NCBI GenBank assembly: GCA_016710285.1
Contig: JADJXR010000001.1
Span: 3,086,955-3,150,954 of the forward strand
DNA from: Chlorobiota bacterium
Lineage (GTDB): Bacteria > Bacteroidota > Ignavibacteria > OLB7
Direction: 5' to 3'
DNA: 64,000 bases
Position numbers and translations under genes: made by a program. Positions 19,459 through 28,900 of the stretch are shown piece after piece (the stretch's first letter is position 1; every line of letters starts with the position of its first letter). Under the pieces are notes generated by a model. That model saw only the letters and a list, made by a program, of their open reading frames with translations. It had not been told where the DNA came from and did not search any database.

Positions 19459-21251
19459 CTACTTCATGTCGAACTCTTGCCCGCCGCCTGCCCCTCCGGT
19501 TCGCACAATCTCGATATGGATACGGCGTTGCGCGGCGCGGTCGGCACGGTCGCGACTTTCGCCGCCGCCGATGTAGCGGAACTGAATCCGCCCGTCACTT
19601 TTTAGCTGGCGGTAATCTTCGTTGCCGCTGGCGGCCAGCATTTGGTCCAGGTGGTGGCCGCTGTACCAGGCGCGCAATCCCGAAAGCTCAAGGTTCCCAA
19701 TCTGGTCGCCACGGCTGATCTCATACTCCATCTTGGCATTGTCCTGGAACGTCACCGTCTCATCTTCCAAATATTTCCCCACGAACTGCTTCGGGTCCGC
19801 ATAGCCGGTGATCCGAACCTCCAACACTTCCCCGGGGAGCATGCTGGCTTTGAACCGTGGGACGATCTCCTTCAGCGTGGTTCCCGTCACCTCCTTGAAA
19901 ATCCCTTCGATTGTTTCGCTGTAGCTCAGGTAATCTTTGTACCGCTTGGACCCTTTGCGGAACCGCTCGATGTAGGTGGCATCGCCAAGCGGGCCTTCCA
20001 ACAGCGGGTACAGCCCATCAAGGTTTTCGCGGGTGTTGGGGCGGTAGTAGCCGGTGACGAAGAAGGGGACGTTGTAGCGGCCAAGATCGAATTCCGCCAG
20101 CGAGATCGGCCCGAACTTCACGGTTGCCGTGGCTTGTTCGTTGGCGAACGGCGTGGTGATGCTGGCCGAGCGCGGCGGAAGATCCCGGACGGTTGCCTGG
20201 AACCGGTACTTCCGCTCGGCGGGAAGGAACTGCTCGTACTCTTTCACCTGTGGGTTGGTGGCGAACGTGGCCACCGTCTGCCCGGTGGCTTCATCAATCA
20301 CCTCCACAACGCTGGGAAGCGGGTTCCCCGTGGTGGAGTCAACCACGCTGACAAGGATGCGGGTTATCCCCTCGCCAAAAACGTTCGGCGTGCCGTAGTA
20401 GATGTCCAATCCCCCTTGCCCGCCGTCGCGCCCGCTGGCGAAGTAGAACCGTTCATGCTTCGATGGAGCAAAGAAAAACAGCTCATCCTTCTTGCTGTTA
20501 ATCAGCGACCCGAGGTTCGAGGCCTGCCCCCATTCTGCCCCTTCGCGAACCGCCATGAATACGTCGTAGCCGCCAAAGCCGGAGCGGCCGTTGCTGCTGA
20601 AATACAGGGTCCCGCCGTCGGAGGTAATGTTTGGCGAACGCTCGTCGTTTTTGGTGTTGACCATTGGGCCGGCGTTCATCGGCGTGGACCACTGCTGCCC
20701 GCTCAGGGTGGTGTACCAGATGTCGGTTTTGCCATATCCCCCTTTGCGGTTGCTGGCAAACCAAATCGTTTTCCCGTCGCTGCTGATCGAGGGTTGCGAC
20801 TCCCATGCCGACGTGTTGACGCTTCCCCCAGGTTCCGAATGTTGGTGATCCGCCCGTCGGCAATTTCCGCGATGTAGAGGTCGGTGCTTCCCTTGCCGTC
20901 GGGCCCATCATCGGCACTGAAGACGACGGTTTTGCCGTCGGCAGCAATCGCCACCGCGCCGTCGTTGCCGCTGCTGTTCAGTGGCGATCCTGGGTTTACC
21001 GGGGTCCCATATCCCCCCTGCACCCGGCTTGCGCTGAAGATGTCCGCTTCCCCCAGCGTCCCTTCCGCACGGGTGGAGGTCAGCAGAAGCGTGCCGCGGT
21101 CCTTGGAGAGTGCCGGCCCGTAATCGTCCTGGGCCGAGTTGACGGCATCAATGGTTCGGATTTCGTACGTGTAGTTGAACAGCTCCTGCCCCAATGCCGA
21201 ACCGGCAAGGCCAAGCAACAGAAATAGAGTAGCACATGTGCGGCGGTTCAT
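19459..21251 (-). CDS. OmpA-family protein with TolB-like PD40 beta-propeller repeats. It is interrupted by a frameshift near 20825-20845, which is either a sequencing error or a pseudogene.
   Basis: The N-terminal fragment (20703-21251) has a signal peptide and PD40-like repeats. Reading in the +2 frame across a ccccc run continues a perfect PD40 repeat (NTSAWESQPSISSDGKTIWFASNRKGGYGKTDIWY) into the 19459-20679 ORF. The C-terminus has the OmpA motif NLELSGLRA. Confidence 0.55.
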
Positions 21252-21287
21252 AGACCCTGTGTTTGGTTGGTTCAGATTTCGGTTAAT

Positions 21288-22109
21288 TCAGATGGAGAAA
21301 AGAATGCCAAGCGTGAATTGAATCGGGCTGGTTTTCCAGTCGTCTTCTTTGGAGATTTTGGTGAATGGAAAGCCGTACAGCAACTCCGGATTCAGGAAGA
21401 TTGCATCGCTGATTTCAATGGTTGCGCCAAGCCCGCCCCGAAGCTCGAACTGCAACGTGTTGACGATGTCAAGCTCGCCGCTGAACAACTCCTGCTCGGT
21501 CCCTGTCCCGTTTTGGAACTCCACCCCACTTGGCGTGGTGATCTCCTCCGTCTTCGTGAAATCTTTCCCCATCACAATCCCTGCCGATGGCCCCAACGCC
21601 ACGTACAGCCCGAAGTCCGCCAGCGTGTAGGTTCCCAGAAGGTCAATGTTGAAGGTGGCAAGGTTGGCTTCCAACCGGTCGGTGAAGATGACGTTCTCCA
21701 CCTGATTGTTCTGCCCAAAAAATGGCACCGGGTCGCTGGCGGTTTCAAAATTCCCTTTGCGGGATTCGTAGGCAAGCCGCGGGGAAAGGGAGAGTTGGTC
21801 CGTTAGCGGGATCATCGCCTTTGCGCCGAACACCGGGCCAATTCCGGAGCCTTCATCGAACGTGCAGCAGACGATCCCGTTCTCGGTCAGCACAAACTCC
21901 CCGCTGTGCATGTTGAAGTTGATCCCGGCGTAGGGGCCAACCAGAATGCCGCGTGCGTCGGGGTTCAGAATCCGGTCGAACGGCAGGGGGGAAGGACGCA
22001 CCGCAACGGCGTTGTTGGCGGGGGGCTGCAAGGGTTGCGCGGTTCCTTGCTCCGGCAACATTGCTGCCAGCATCAGCAGCAGAAAGGGGAGGCGTAGCGG
22101 TGTTTGCAT
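21288..22109 (-). CDS. Outer-membrane beta-barrel (porin-like) protein.
   Basis: Signal peptide MQTPLRLPFLLLMLAAMLPEQGTAQ. Alternating amphipathic strands and a C-terminal ...FTLGILFSI typical of OM beta-barrels. The ORF-track N-terminal extension was discarded. Confidence 0.4.
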   Translation of the reverse strand: MQTPLRLPFLLLMLAAMLPEQGTAQPLQPPANNAVAVRPSPLPFDRILNPDARGILVGPYAGINFNMHSGEFVLTENGIVCCTFDEGSGIGPVFGAKAMIPLTDQLSLSPRLAYESRKGNFETASDPVPFFGQNNQVENVIFTDRLEANLATFNIDLLGTYTLADFGLYVALGPSAGIVMGKDFTKTEEITTPSGVEFQNGTGTEQELFSGELDIVNTLQFELRGGLGATIEISDAIFLNPELLYGFPFTKISKEDDWKTSPIQFTLGILFSI

Positions 22110-22236
22110 CGGCAGATAGGTTGTTGGTCGTTGCCAAATCCGGAGGCTGCGCGTTCGGTTCGGCGGTTGGTTGTTGTAACTTTGGGCACGGCAATGGCGG
22201 AAATTCCCCAGCCGGTTCAAGTGCCGCGCAAAAGTA

Positions 22237-24468
22237 ATGACAACTCCCGCAAAACGCACACGCCCCGAAGGAGAAATTAAAGCCGAGGATGTGAAGAACG
22301 CCGGGGGGGATCTGTTCCCCCTGCAGTTCGTGAAAGGAATCGGCCCAGCACGCGCCGCTGCATTGGCCGAAGCTGGCGTGCGGACCGTGCGGGACCTTCT
22401 GATGTTCACCCCCAAGTCATATCTGGACCGCCGCACCGTGCTCCCGCTTCGGCAAACCAGGCTGCTGCTTGGTGGTGAGGAAGGAATCCCCGACCAAATC
22501 ACCGCCATTGTGACGGTCCGCCGGATGGAAATTCTGCAAAGCGGACGCGGGCAGAAACGGCTGATTATGCGCGTTGGGGACCCAACCGGCGATGCCAATC
22601 TGGTCTTCTTCCAAGGGGCGCAGTATTTCATCAAATCCTACCAAGTGGGGGATAGCCTGGCGATTAGCGGCCCGGCAGAAATCTTTGGCGGAATGCTGCA
22701 ATGGACCCATCCCGAAATTGAAAAATTGGAGGAGGAGGAGCGGGGGTTGATCCACAGCGGGCGGATTATCCCGCAGTACCGCGAAACCGCACGGATGAAA
22801 TCCGCAGGGCTTAGCAGCCGCTCCATGCGGAAGCTGATGGAAGCCACCTTCCAGCGATACGTTGCCGAGGAACTCCGCGAAACCTTAACTGATGAACTGA
22901 TCCGCGAGTACGCACTGCTCCCCCTTGCCGATGCCGTCTATCAGATGCACTTCCCGGGCGATGAAGAGCTTCTGAAACAAGCGTTGTACCGGATGAAGTT
23001 CGAGGAACTCTTCTTCTTTGAACTTGGCCTTGCCTACCGGAAGGAGGTCCAGCTTAGCTCCGAACCAGGCATCAGCTTCAACATCCACAGTGCCCTTGCG
23101 CGGCAGCTGTTGGACAAGCTCGGTTTTGAGCTTACCGCCGCGCAACGCCGCGCAATGAAGGAGATTTTGGCCGACATGGAGAAGCCAACGGCAATGAACC
23201 GACTGCTGCAAGGGGACGTTGGTTCCGGCAAAACAATCGTGGCGGTGTTGGCAATGCTGGTGGCGGTGGAGAACGGCTACCAATGCGCCATGATGGTCCC
23301 CACCGAAATCTTGAGCGAGCAACACGCCCGCACGCTGCAACGGCTGTTGGAAGGCTTGCCGGTGAAGGTGACGCAGTTGGTGGGGGGGCAAAAAAAACGG
23401 GCACGCGAGGAGGTGCTATATCAGCTTCGGAACAACGAGACGAACATCATTGTGGGGACCCACGCGCTGTTCCAGGAGGGGGTGGAGTACGCCAATCTTG
23501 GGCTGGTGGTGATTGATGAGCAGCACCGCTTTGGCGTTGAGCAACGCGCACGGCTGCGGAACAAAGGTCGCCGCCCCGACACCCTGATTATGACCGCCAC
23601 CCCAATCCCCCGAACCCTAACAATGACCCTGTACGGGGACCTTGATGTCAGCATCATTGATGAGCTTCCCGCAGGGCGCAAGCCAATCCGCACCGCCATT
23701 CGGTTCGAGAATCAGTTGGATGCTGTCTGGAATTTTGTCCGAAGCGAGGTGATGGCCGGGCGGCAGGCGTACATCGTCTATCCGCTGGTGGAGAAGTCGG
23801 AGAAATTGGAGCTGAAGTCGGCAGTGGAGCATTACGAGTTCTTGAAGGAGAGCGTCTTCCCTGACCTCCGCTTGGGGCTGCTTCATGGGCAGATGCTGTG
23901 GTACGAGAAGGAGGACGCCATGCGTGATTTCCTTGAGCGGAAGGTGGATATTCTTATCGCCACCACGGTGATCGAGGTGGGCATTGACGTTCCGAACGCC
24001 TCGGTGATGGTGATTGAGAATGCCGAGCGGTTTGGGTTGTCGCAGCTGCACCAGCTTCGCGGGCGGGTGGGGCGGGGTGCCGATCAATCCTTCTGCATCT
24101 TGCTGACGAAGGACCACTACCGCTACCAGATGCGGCGCGGGATCAGCGCGAACGAGGCACGCCAGGAACGCCGCGCCGCAATCCGCCGGCTGGCCGCAAT
24201 GGCCGAGACCAACGACGGTTTCCGCATCAGCGAAATTGACCTTGAGCTTCGCGGCCCCGGCGATGTTGTGGGAACGCGCCAAAGCGGGTTGCCGGAGTTC
24301 CACCACGCCAACCTTATCACCGATGGGCCAATCGTTGGGGCGGCCCGCGACGCAGCGTTCGGGGTCATCCGCCGCGACCCTGAGCTGCAATCGCCCGCCA
24401 ACCAGCGCATCGCCCAAGCCTTCCAAGACTCCATCAAACGCTCGCTGAAATATGCTGATGTTGGGTAG
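22237..24468 (+). CDS. recG: ATP-dependent DNA helicase RecG.
   Basis: Wedge domain plus SF2 helicase motifs (GDVGSGKT, DEQHRFG, TATPIPRT, QLHQLRGRVGRG). Confidence 0.9.
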   Translation: MTTPAKRTRPEGEIKAEDVKNAGGDLFPLQFVKGIGPARAAALAEAGVRTVRDLLMFTPKSYLDRRTVLPLRQTRLLLGGEEGIPDQITAIVTVRRMEILQSGRGQKRLIMRVGDPTGDANLVFFQGAQYFIKSYQVGDSLAISGPAEIFGGMLQWTHPEIEKLEEEERGLIHSGRIIPQYRETARMKSAGLSSRSMRKLMEATFQRYVAEELRETLTDELIREYALLPLADAVYQMHFPGDEELLKQALYRMKFEELFFFELGLAYRKEVQLSSEPGISFNIHSALARQLLDKLGFELTAAQRRAMKEILADMEKPTAMNRLLQGDVGSGKTIVAVLAMLVAVENGYQCAMMVPTEILSEQHARTLQRLLEGLPVKVTQLVGGQKKRAREEVLYQLRNNETNIIVGTHALFQEGVEYANLGLVVIDEQHRFGVEQRARLRNKGRRPDTLIMTATPIPRTLTMTLYGDLDVSIIDELPAGRKPIRTAIRFENQLDAVWNFVRSEVMAGRQAYIVYPLVEKSEKLELKSAVEHYEFLKESVFPDLRLGLLHGQMLWYEKEDAMRDFLERKVDILIATTVIEVGIDVPNASVMVIENAERFGLSQLHQLRGRVGRGADQSFCILLTKDHYRYQMRRGISANEARQERRAAIRRLAAMAETNDGFRISEIDLELRGPGDVVGTRQSGLPEFHHANLITDGPIVGAARDAAFGVIRRDPELQSPANQRIAQAFQDSIKRSLKYADVG

Positions 24469-24494
24469 ATGGGAAAAGGGGTGGGGCAAGCGGT

Positions 24495-24685
24495 TATCGT
24501 TCTCCACCGCCAGTTCGTTGAGAAAATCAAACAGGTAGCCGCCCCGACATGAAGTCGGGGTTCATAAAAGGTCTTTAGCCTTCGGTGTCACCCACCGCCG
24601 GTTCGTTGGGGGAATCACACCGGTAGCCACCCCGACTCAGTCGGGATTCATAGCAGATCTTTAGCCTTTGGCAGGGGCGTTGTGA
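24495..24685. repeat. REP/MITE-like repeat locus B, with two tandem ~90-bp units.
   Basis: caccgccRgttcgttg...ggtagccRccccgac-N6-gtcgggRttcatRRaaggtctttagccttcgg occurs twice. Confidence 0.55.
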
Positions 24686-24804
24686 GGAGCGACCGCAACC
24701 GCTATCTTGATGCCGCTTCCCCTTGCATGGCAATGGCAGCATTGCGTGGAGGGGAAGATGCCCGCCGGGAAATCATTCATTCTTTTCCACTATGAGCATC
24801 TGTT

Positions 24805-25632
24805 ATGGCAATTCGGTGTCTGTTTCCACTTCTCGCCCTCGCCATGCTGGCGTGGTATCCCGCTGCTGCGCAGAACAACGATCCATCGCCAAGCAACGAC
24901 TCGGCAATGGCGGTTGCGGCATCGGCTCCAATCCTTATCCCCATTGACACGTTGCGGTTCGGCAGCAAGCTGACGGCGATTGCTGGCGGAGCGTTCCCCA
25001 TGGGTGAGTATGCCGAAACAACTGGAGTGCGCCCCGGGTTCGCAACCCCAGGATTCTCCGCAGGGATAGAGTACACCGTCCACGCCGATTCGTTTGCGTT
25101 GCTGGTTTCGCCCGGGTGGGTTTCCACGTTGTTGGTTTCCGCCAACGGTTCCGATCAATCGGGGGTGAAGGCCGCGCTGGCGCAGGAGTTCAACATCCCC
25201 CCCGATGCCAACCCCATTGTTGAGGCCGGCCCCTGGGTCACGGCCTCGGTCCTGACCGGATTCGAGGGGAACTACCAACTGGCCAACAACTGGAGCATTG
25301 GCGTGCAGTCGCAGTTTGGGTTTGTGGTGGGGAGCAGTTCGTTGGTGAGATTGGCTTCCGAGCGCGGGGCAATCACGCAGCATTCCTCCATTGCCGCCGC
25401 GCCATGTTTTTCGGTTGGGGTGGTTTCTTCGTTCTGGAATCGGTTTGCGCTGGCCATGCGTTACTACCGGTCCACCATCACCTACGACATCCGCACCATC
25501 AACCCCGACGGAACCAGCAACGCCCTGTACTACGACCAACCATCGGACCTTCTTTCCCTTTACCTTGGCTACACCTTTGCCACCTTCCGCCACCAGACAC
25601 CACTGTTTGCCGAAGAAGTGGTGGAGGAGTGA
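24805..25632 (+). CDS. Hypothetical secreted/outer-membrane protein.
   Basis: Signal peptide MAIRCLFPLLALAMLAWYPAAAQ. Beta-rich, with an aromatic C-terminus. Confidence 0.35.
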   Translation: MAIRCLFPLLALAMLAWYPAAAQNNDPSPSNDSAMAVAASAPILIPIDTLRFGSKLTAIAGGAFPMGEYAETTGVRPGFATPGFSAGIEYTVHADSFALLVSPGWVSTLLVSANGSDQSGVKAALAQEFNIPPDANPIVEAGPWVTASVLTGFEGNYQLANNWSIGVQSQFGFVVGSSSLVRLASERGAITQHSSIAAAPCFSVGVVSSFWNRFALAMRYYRSTITYDIRTINPDGTSNALYYDQPSDLLSLYLGYTFATFRHQTPLFAEEVVEE

Positions 25633-25989
25633 GGGGGAGGAAACTGGAGAAGGGGGGAAGAAAGGAAGGGGAGATGTGTCGAGCCAACCTTTCTGAATCT
25701 TTTTATCTGATTTTTTTGTTCATCACCACCTACCATCTCCTGTTTGGGCGGAAGAGGTGGGGGCATGGCCACCAGCGCGCGGAGTCCCCTTCAGAACCTG
25801 CGCGAACCCTAGGCCGCTGCAACCCTATGCTTTGCGTAGGGTGAGTTGCTGATATTTCAAAGCACCGAACGTTCCCAAATCGTTTGGCCCACCTTGCTGC
25901 CCTCCCTTTTCTGTGAGTATTCTGTGAGTTCCCGTTGCCAGCTTTACCGCCACACAAATTCCAATCACCAACACAGGAGAGAGATCACC

Positions 25990-28900
25990 ATGAAGTTTTT
26001 ACGCTTTCTGCTTGCGCTGTGGGCTGTTGCGCTGGCGGGGATCACCACGCAGGGGCTGGCTTCCGGGTTGACCCCGGTTGCCGGGCATCCCCGAATCTTG
26101 CTGACCCCCACGGTGAAAACCACACTGACCGCAAAGAAAAACAGCAACCATCCAACATGGCTTGCGCTGAAGTCCAAAGCCGATGCGCTGCTGAACCAAA
26201 CCATCGTCCAGTGTAAGTACAACAACTACTCCAACTGGTACTCCAACTCCATCTATTTCGAGGGGAACGGCTCCGGCTGGATGCACGCGGCGTTCACCCT
26301 TTCGCTGGCGTGGCAAATCAGCGGCGACACGAACTACGCCAACAAAGCCGTGGCGTTGGCCGATGAAATTATCCGCGCCGATGCCGACCCGGACAACCAG
26401 GGAACGGGCAAATCCCCGATCACGCTGGACCGCTCCTACACCTCGCGCCATGTTGGCCCGGCAATCGCCGTGCTGTACGATTGGTGCCACTCCCGGCTTG
26501 ATTCGGCACGCAAAGCCAAGCTCCGTGCGGTGATGGTCAAATGGTTCAACCACCTGCGGAATGGCTCGGCCAGCAGCGATGTCTATCAAAAAAATGGCCC
26601 AGCCACCGGCGCGTGGTTCGGCTCGCATCTTAGCTGCGCCGCATGGATGGGATACGCCATTGCTGGCGACGACACCGCGTCGCAGCGGATGATTGACTGG
26701 GCACGCGCCCGGTTCGACGGCACTCAATCGGCAACGCTCTCCTCCAGCGATTACCCCACCACCTACCGGATGCAAGGCTTCACCGGGGGGATCAAGTCGT
26801 GGTTCGGTTCGCGCTGGGGCGTTCCTTCCACAACGCAAGGGGCAACCGGCGCGCCGATGAAAGGGGGAATCTTCCCGCAAGGTTGGTGGTACGGCAATGC
26901 CGAGTTCGGGCGGATGGTGGATTACATGCTGGTGGTGAAATCGGCAACGGGGGAGGACCTGCCGGGAATGTATCAAACATATCTGGCCGACATCTTCATA
27001 GCCCACCGCCAAGCCACGCTTCCGGGGAACCTGCTGATTGATCCCAACGGCGAGTGGCGCGGAAGCCAGGGGGCCGTTGTGGAGCGTGGGCTTCCCGCAC
27101 GGATTGCCACCGCGCTGGCTTCGGTCCCGAACGTTGGCGCGGCGGCGGCAACCTTTGCGTGGGATGAAATCCCACCCACTTCTTCCTCGGTGGCGGGCGT
27201 TAGCGTTGCGGCGTTGCAACCCTGGGAGGAGTTCCTGTACCGGAACACCGCAGGAAGCGGCGCAACGGTTGCGCTTCCCCTTGCCTACACCCCATTTGCG
27301 CCGAACTACCCAGCGGCCGGGGCCGGCAACGGAGCTATTCCATATTTCACCATGCGCTCTTCCTGGGGGAGCAATGCGGTCTGGGCAAGCGTGAATATGG
27401 GGGCGCAGGTGTATGATGAGTTCATGCATTATCAAGCCGGGCATATCGAGCTTGCAAAAGGGAACCACCGTCTGCTGATAAGCCCAACAACATGGAAAGG
27501 GGATTCCTCGGGATTAGGGGTCACCAGCTTGGGGCCGGTGATTAGCGACCACTCCGGCGCGAAAAACACTCTCTATTTCGATGACTTCGGCGACTACCAA
27601 TCCACAAGCTCGACCCGCGTTGGCGGCCAGGGACCGCACGGGAAGGATAAAGTTGTTGCCCAGGAGATGAACCCCAGCTACAGCTATATCAGTGCCGACC
27701 TTTCCACCGCCTACAACAACATGGACTGGCCACGTTCGGTGGGGGACACAACCAACCGGAAGCTGGAGTATTTCTACCGAAACTTCGTCTATCTGCGCCC
27801 GGCAAACTTGTTTGTGGTGTACGACCGCGTAAAAGCCGCCGCCAGCAGCAACGCCAACGGTGCCTACCGCAAGCGGCTGCGCTGGCATTTCCCAACCCAG
27901 CCCGTTGTTAGCGGAAGCAGCATCCGCGTGGATAACAGCGATGCCCGGCTGTGGATGCGGGCACTGCTTCCGGCAAGCCCAACAATCACCACCACCAGCT
28001 TGGTCAGCAACCCCGACAACACGTGGGGTTCGTGGCTGAACTATCTGTTCAGCAGCAAAACCTACCGCGCCGAAGTCAGTAATGCGGCCAACCCGCTCCA
28101 GCAGCCATTCCTAACGGTGATGCAGGCCGGAACCACATCCCTTGCGGAACCGACATCGGAGCTTTTCTACACCACTGATTCGTTGATGATTGGAACCACT
28201 ATCGAGCTTGCCGACGGGCGGGACTATGTGATGCTGTTCAACAACCGCCCCGGGCAAGTGCCGCAGCCAATCACCTACGCCTACTATCCCCTTGTTGGCT
28301 CGATCAACGGAACCCACACCCTGTGCGGGCTTGAGCCAAACACCGCCTACACTGTGGAGCTGCAAGGAACGTTTGTGGTGGTGGCCAAGGACCCAACCGG
28401 GGCGTTCACAACAACCGCCGCTGGGGTCCTGCAGTTCACCCCGCCCGGAGGCACGCCGCAAGGTGGCGGAGATGACGATGATGGGAACAACGGAGGCGGC
28501 GGAGATAATGGAGGTGGTGGAAACAATGGAGGCGGCGGAGATAATGGAGGTGGTGGAAACAACGGCGGCGGCGGAGACAATGGCGGCGGAGACAACGGCG
28601 GTGGTGGAGACAACGGCGGCGGCGGAGACAATGGCGGTGGCGGAAACAACAACGGCGGCGGAGCGATCATCGCTGGCCACCCGCGATTGCTGCTGACCCC
28701 GGCAATCAAGACCGCGCTGCTTGCGAAGGTCCAAGCCAACGACCCAACATGGACCGCGCTGAAAACCCGTGCGGACATTCTTCTGACCTATCCAATCACC
28801 CAGTACAAAACCGCAACCGCCTACAACTGGTTTGCCAACACCATCTTCTACGGCTATCAGGGGGAGGGGTGGTACAGCGATGTGATACCGCTGGCGTTTG

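Noticed and set aside
19642-20877. 411-aa plus-strand ORF.
   Set aside because: It is antisense to the PD40/OmpA gene, and the minus-strand frames give coherent PD40 repeats.
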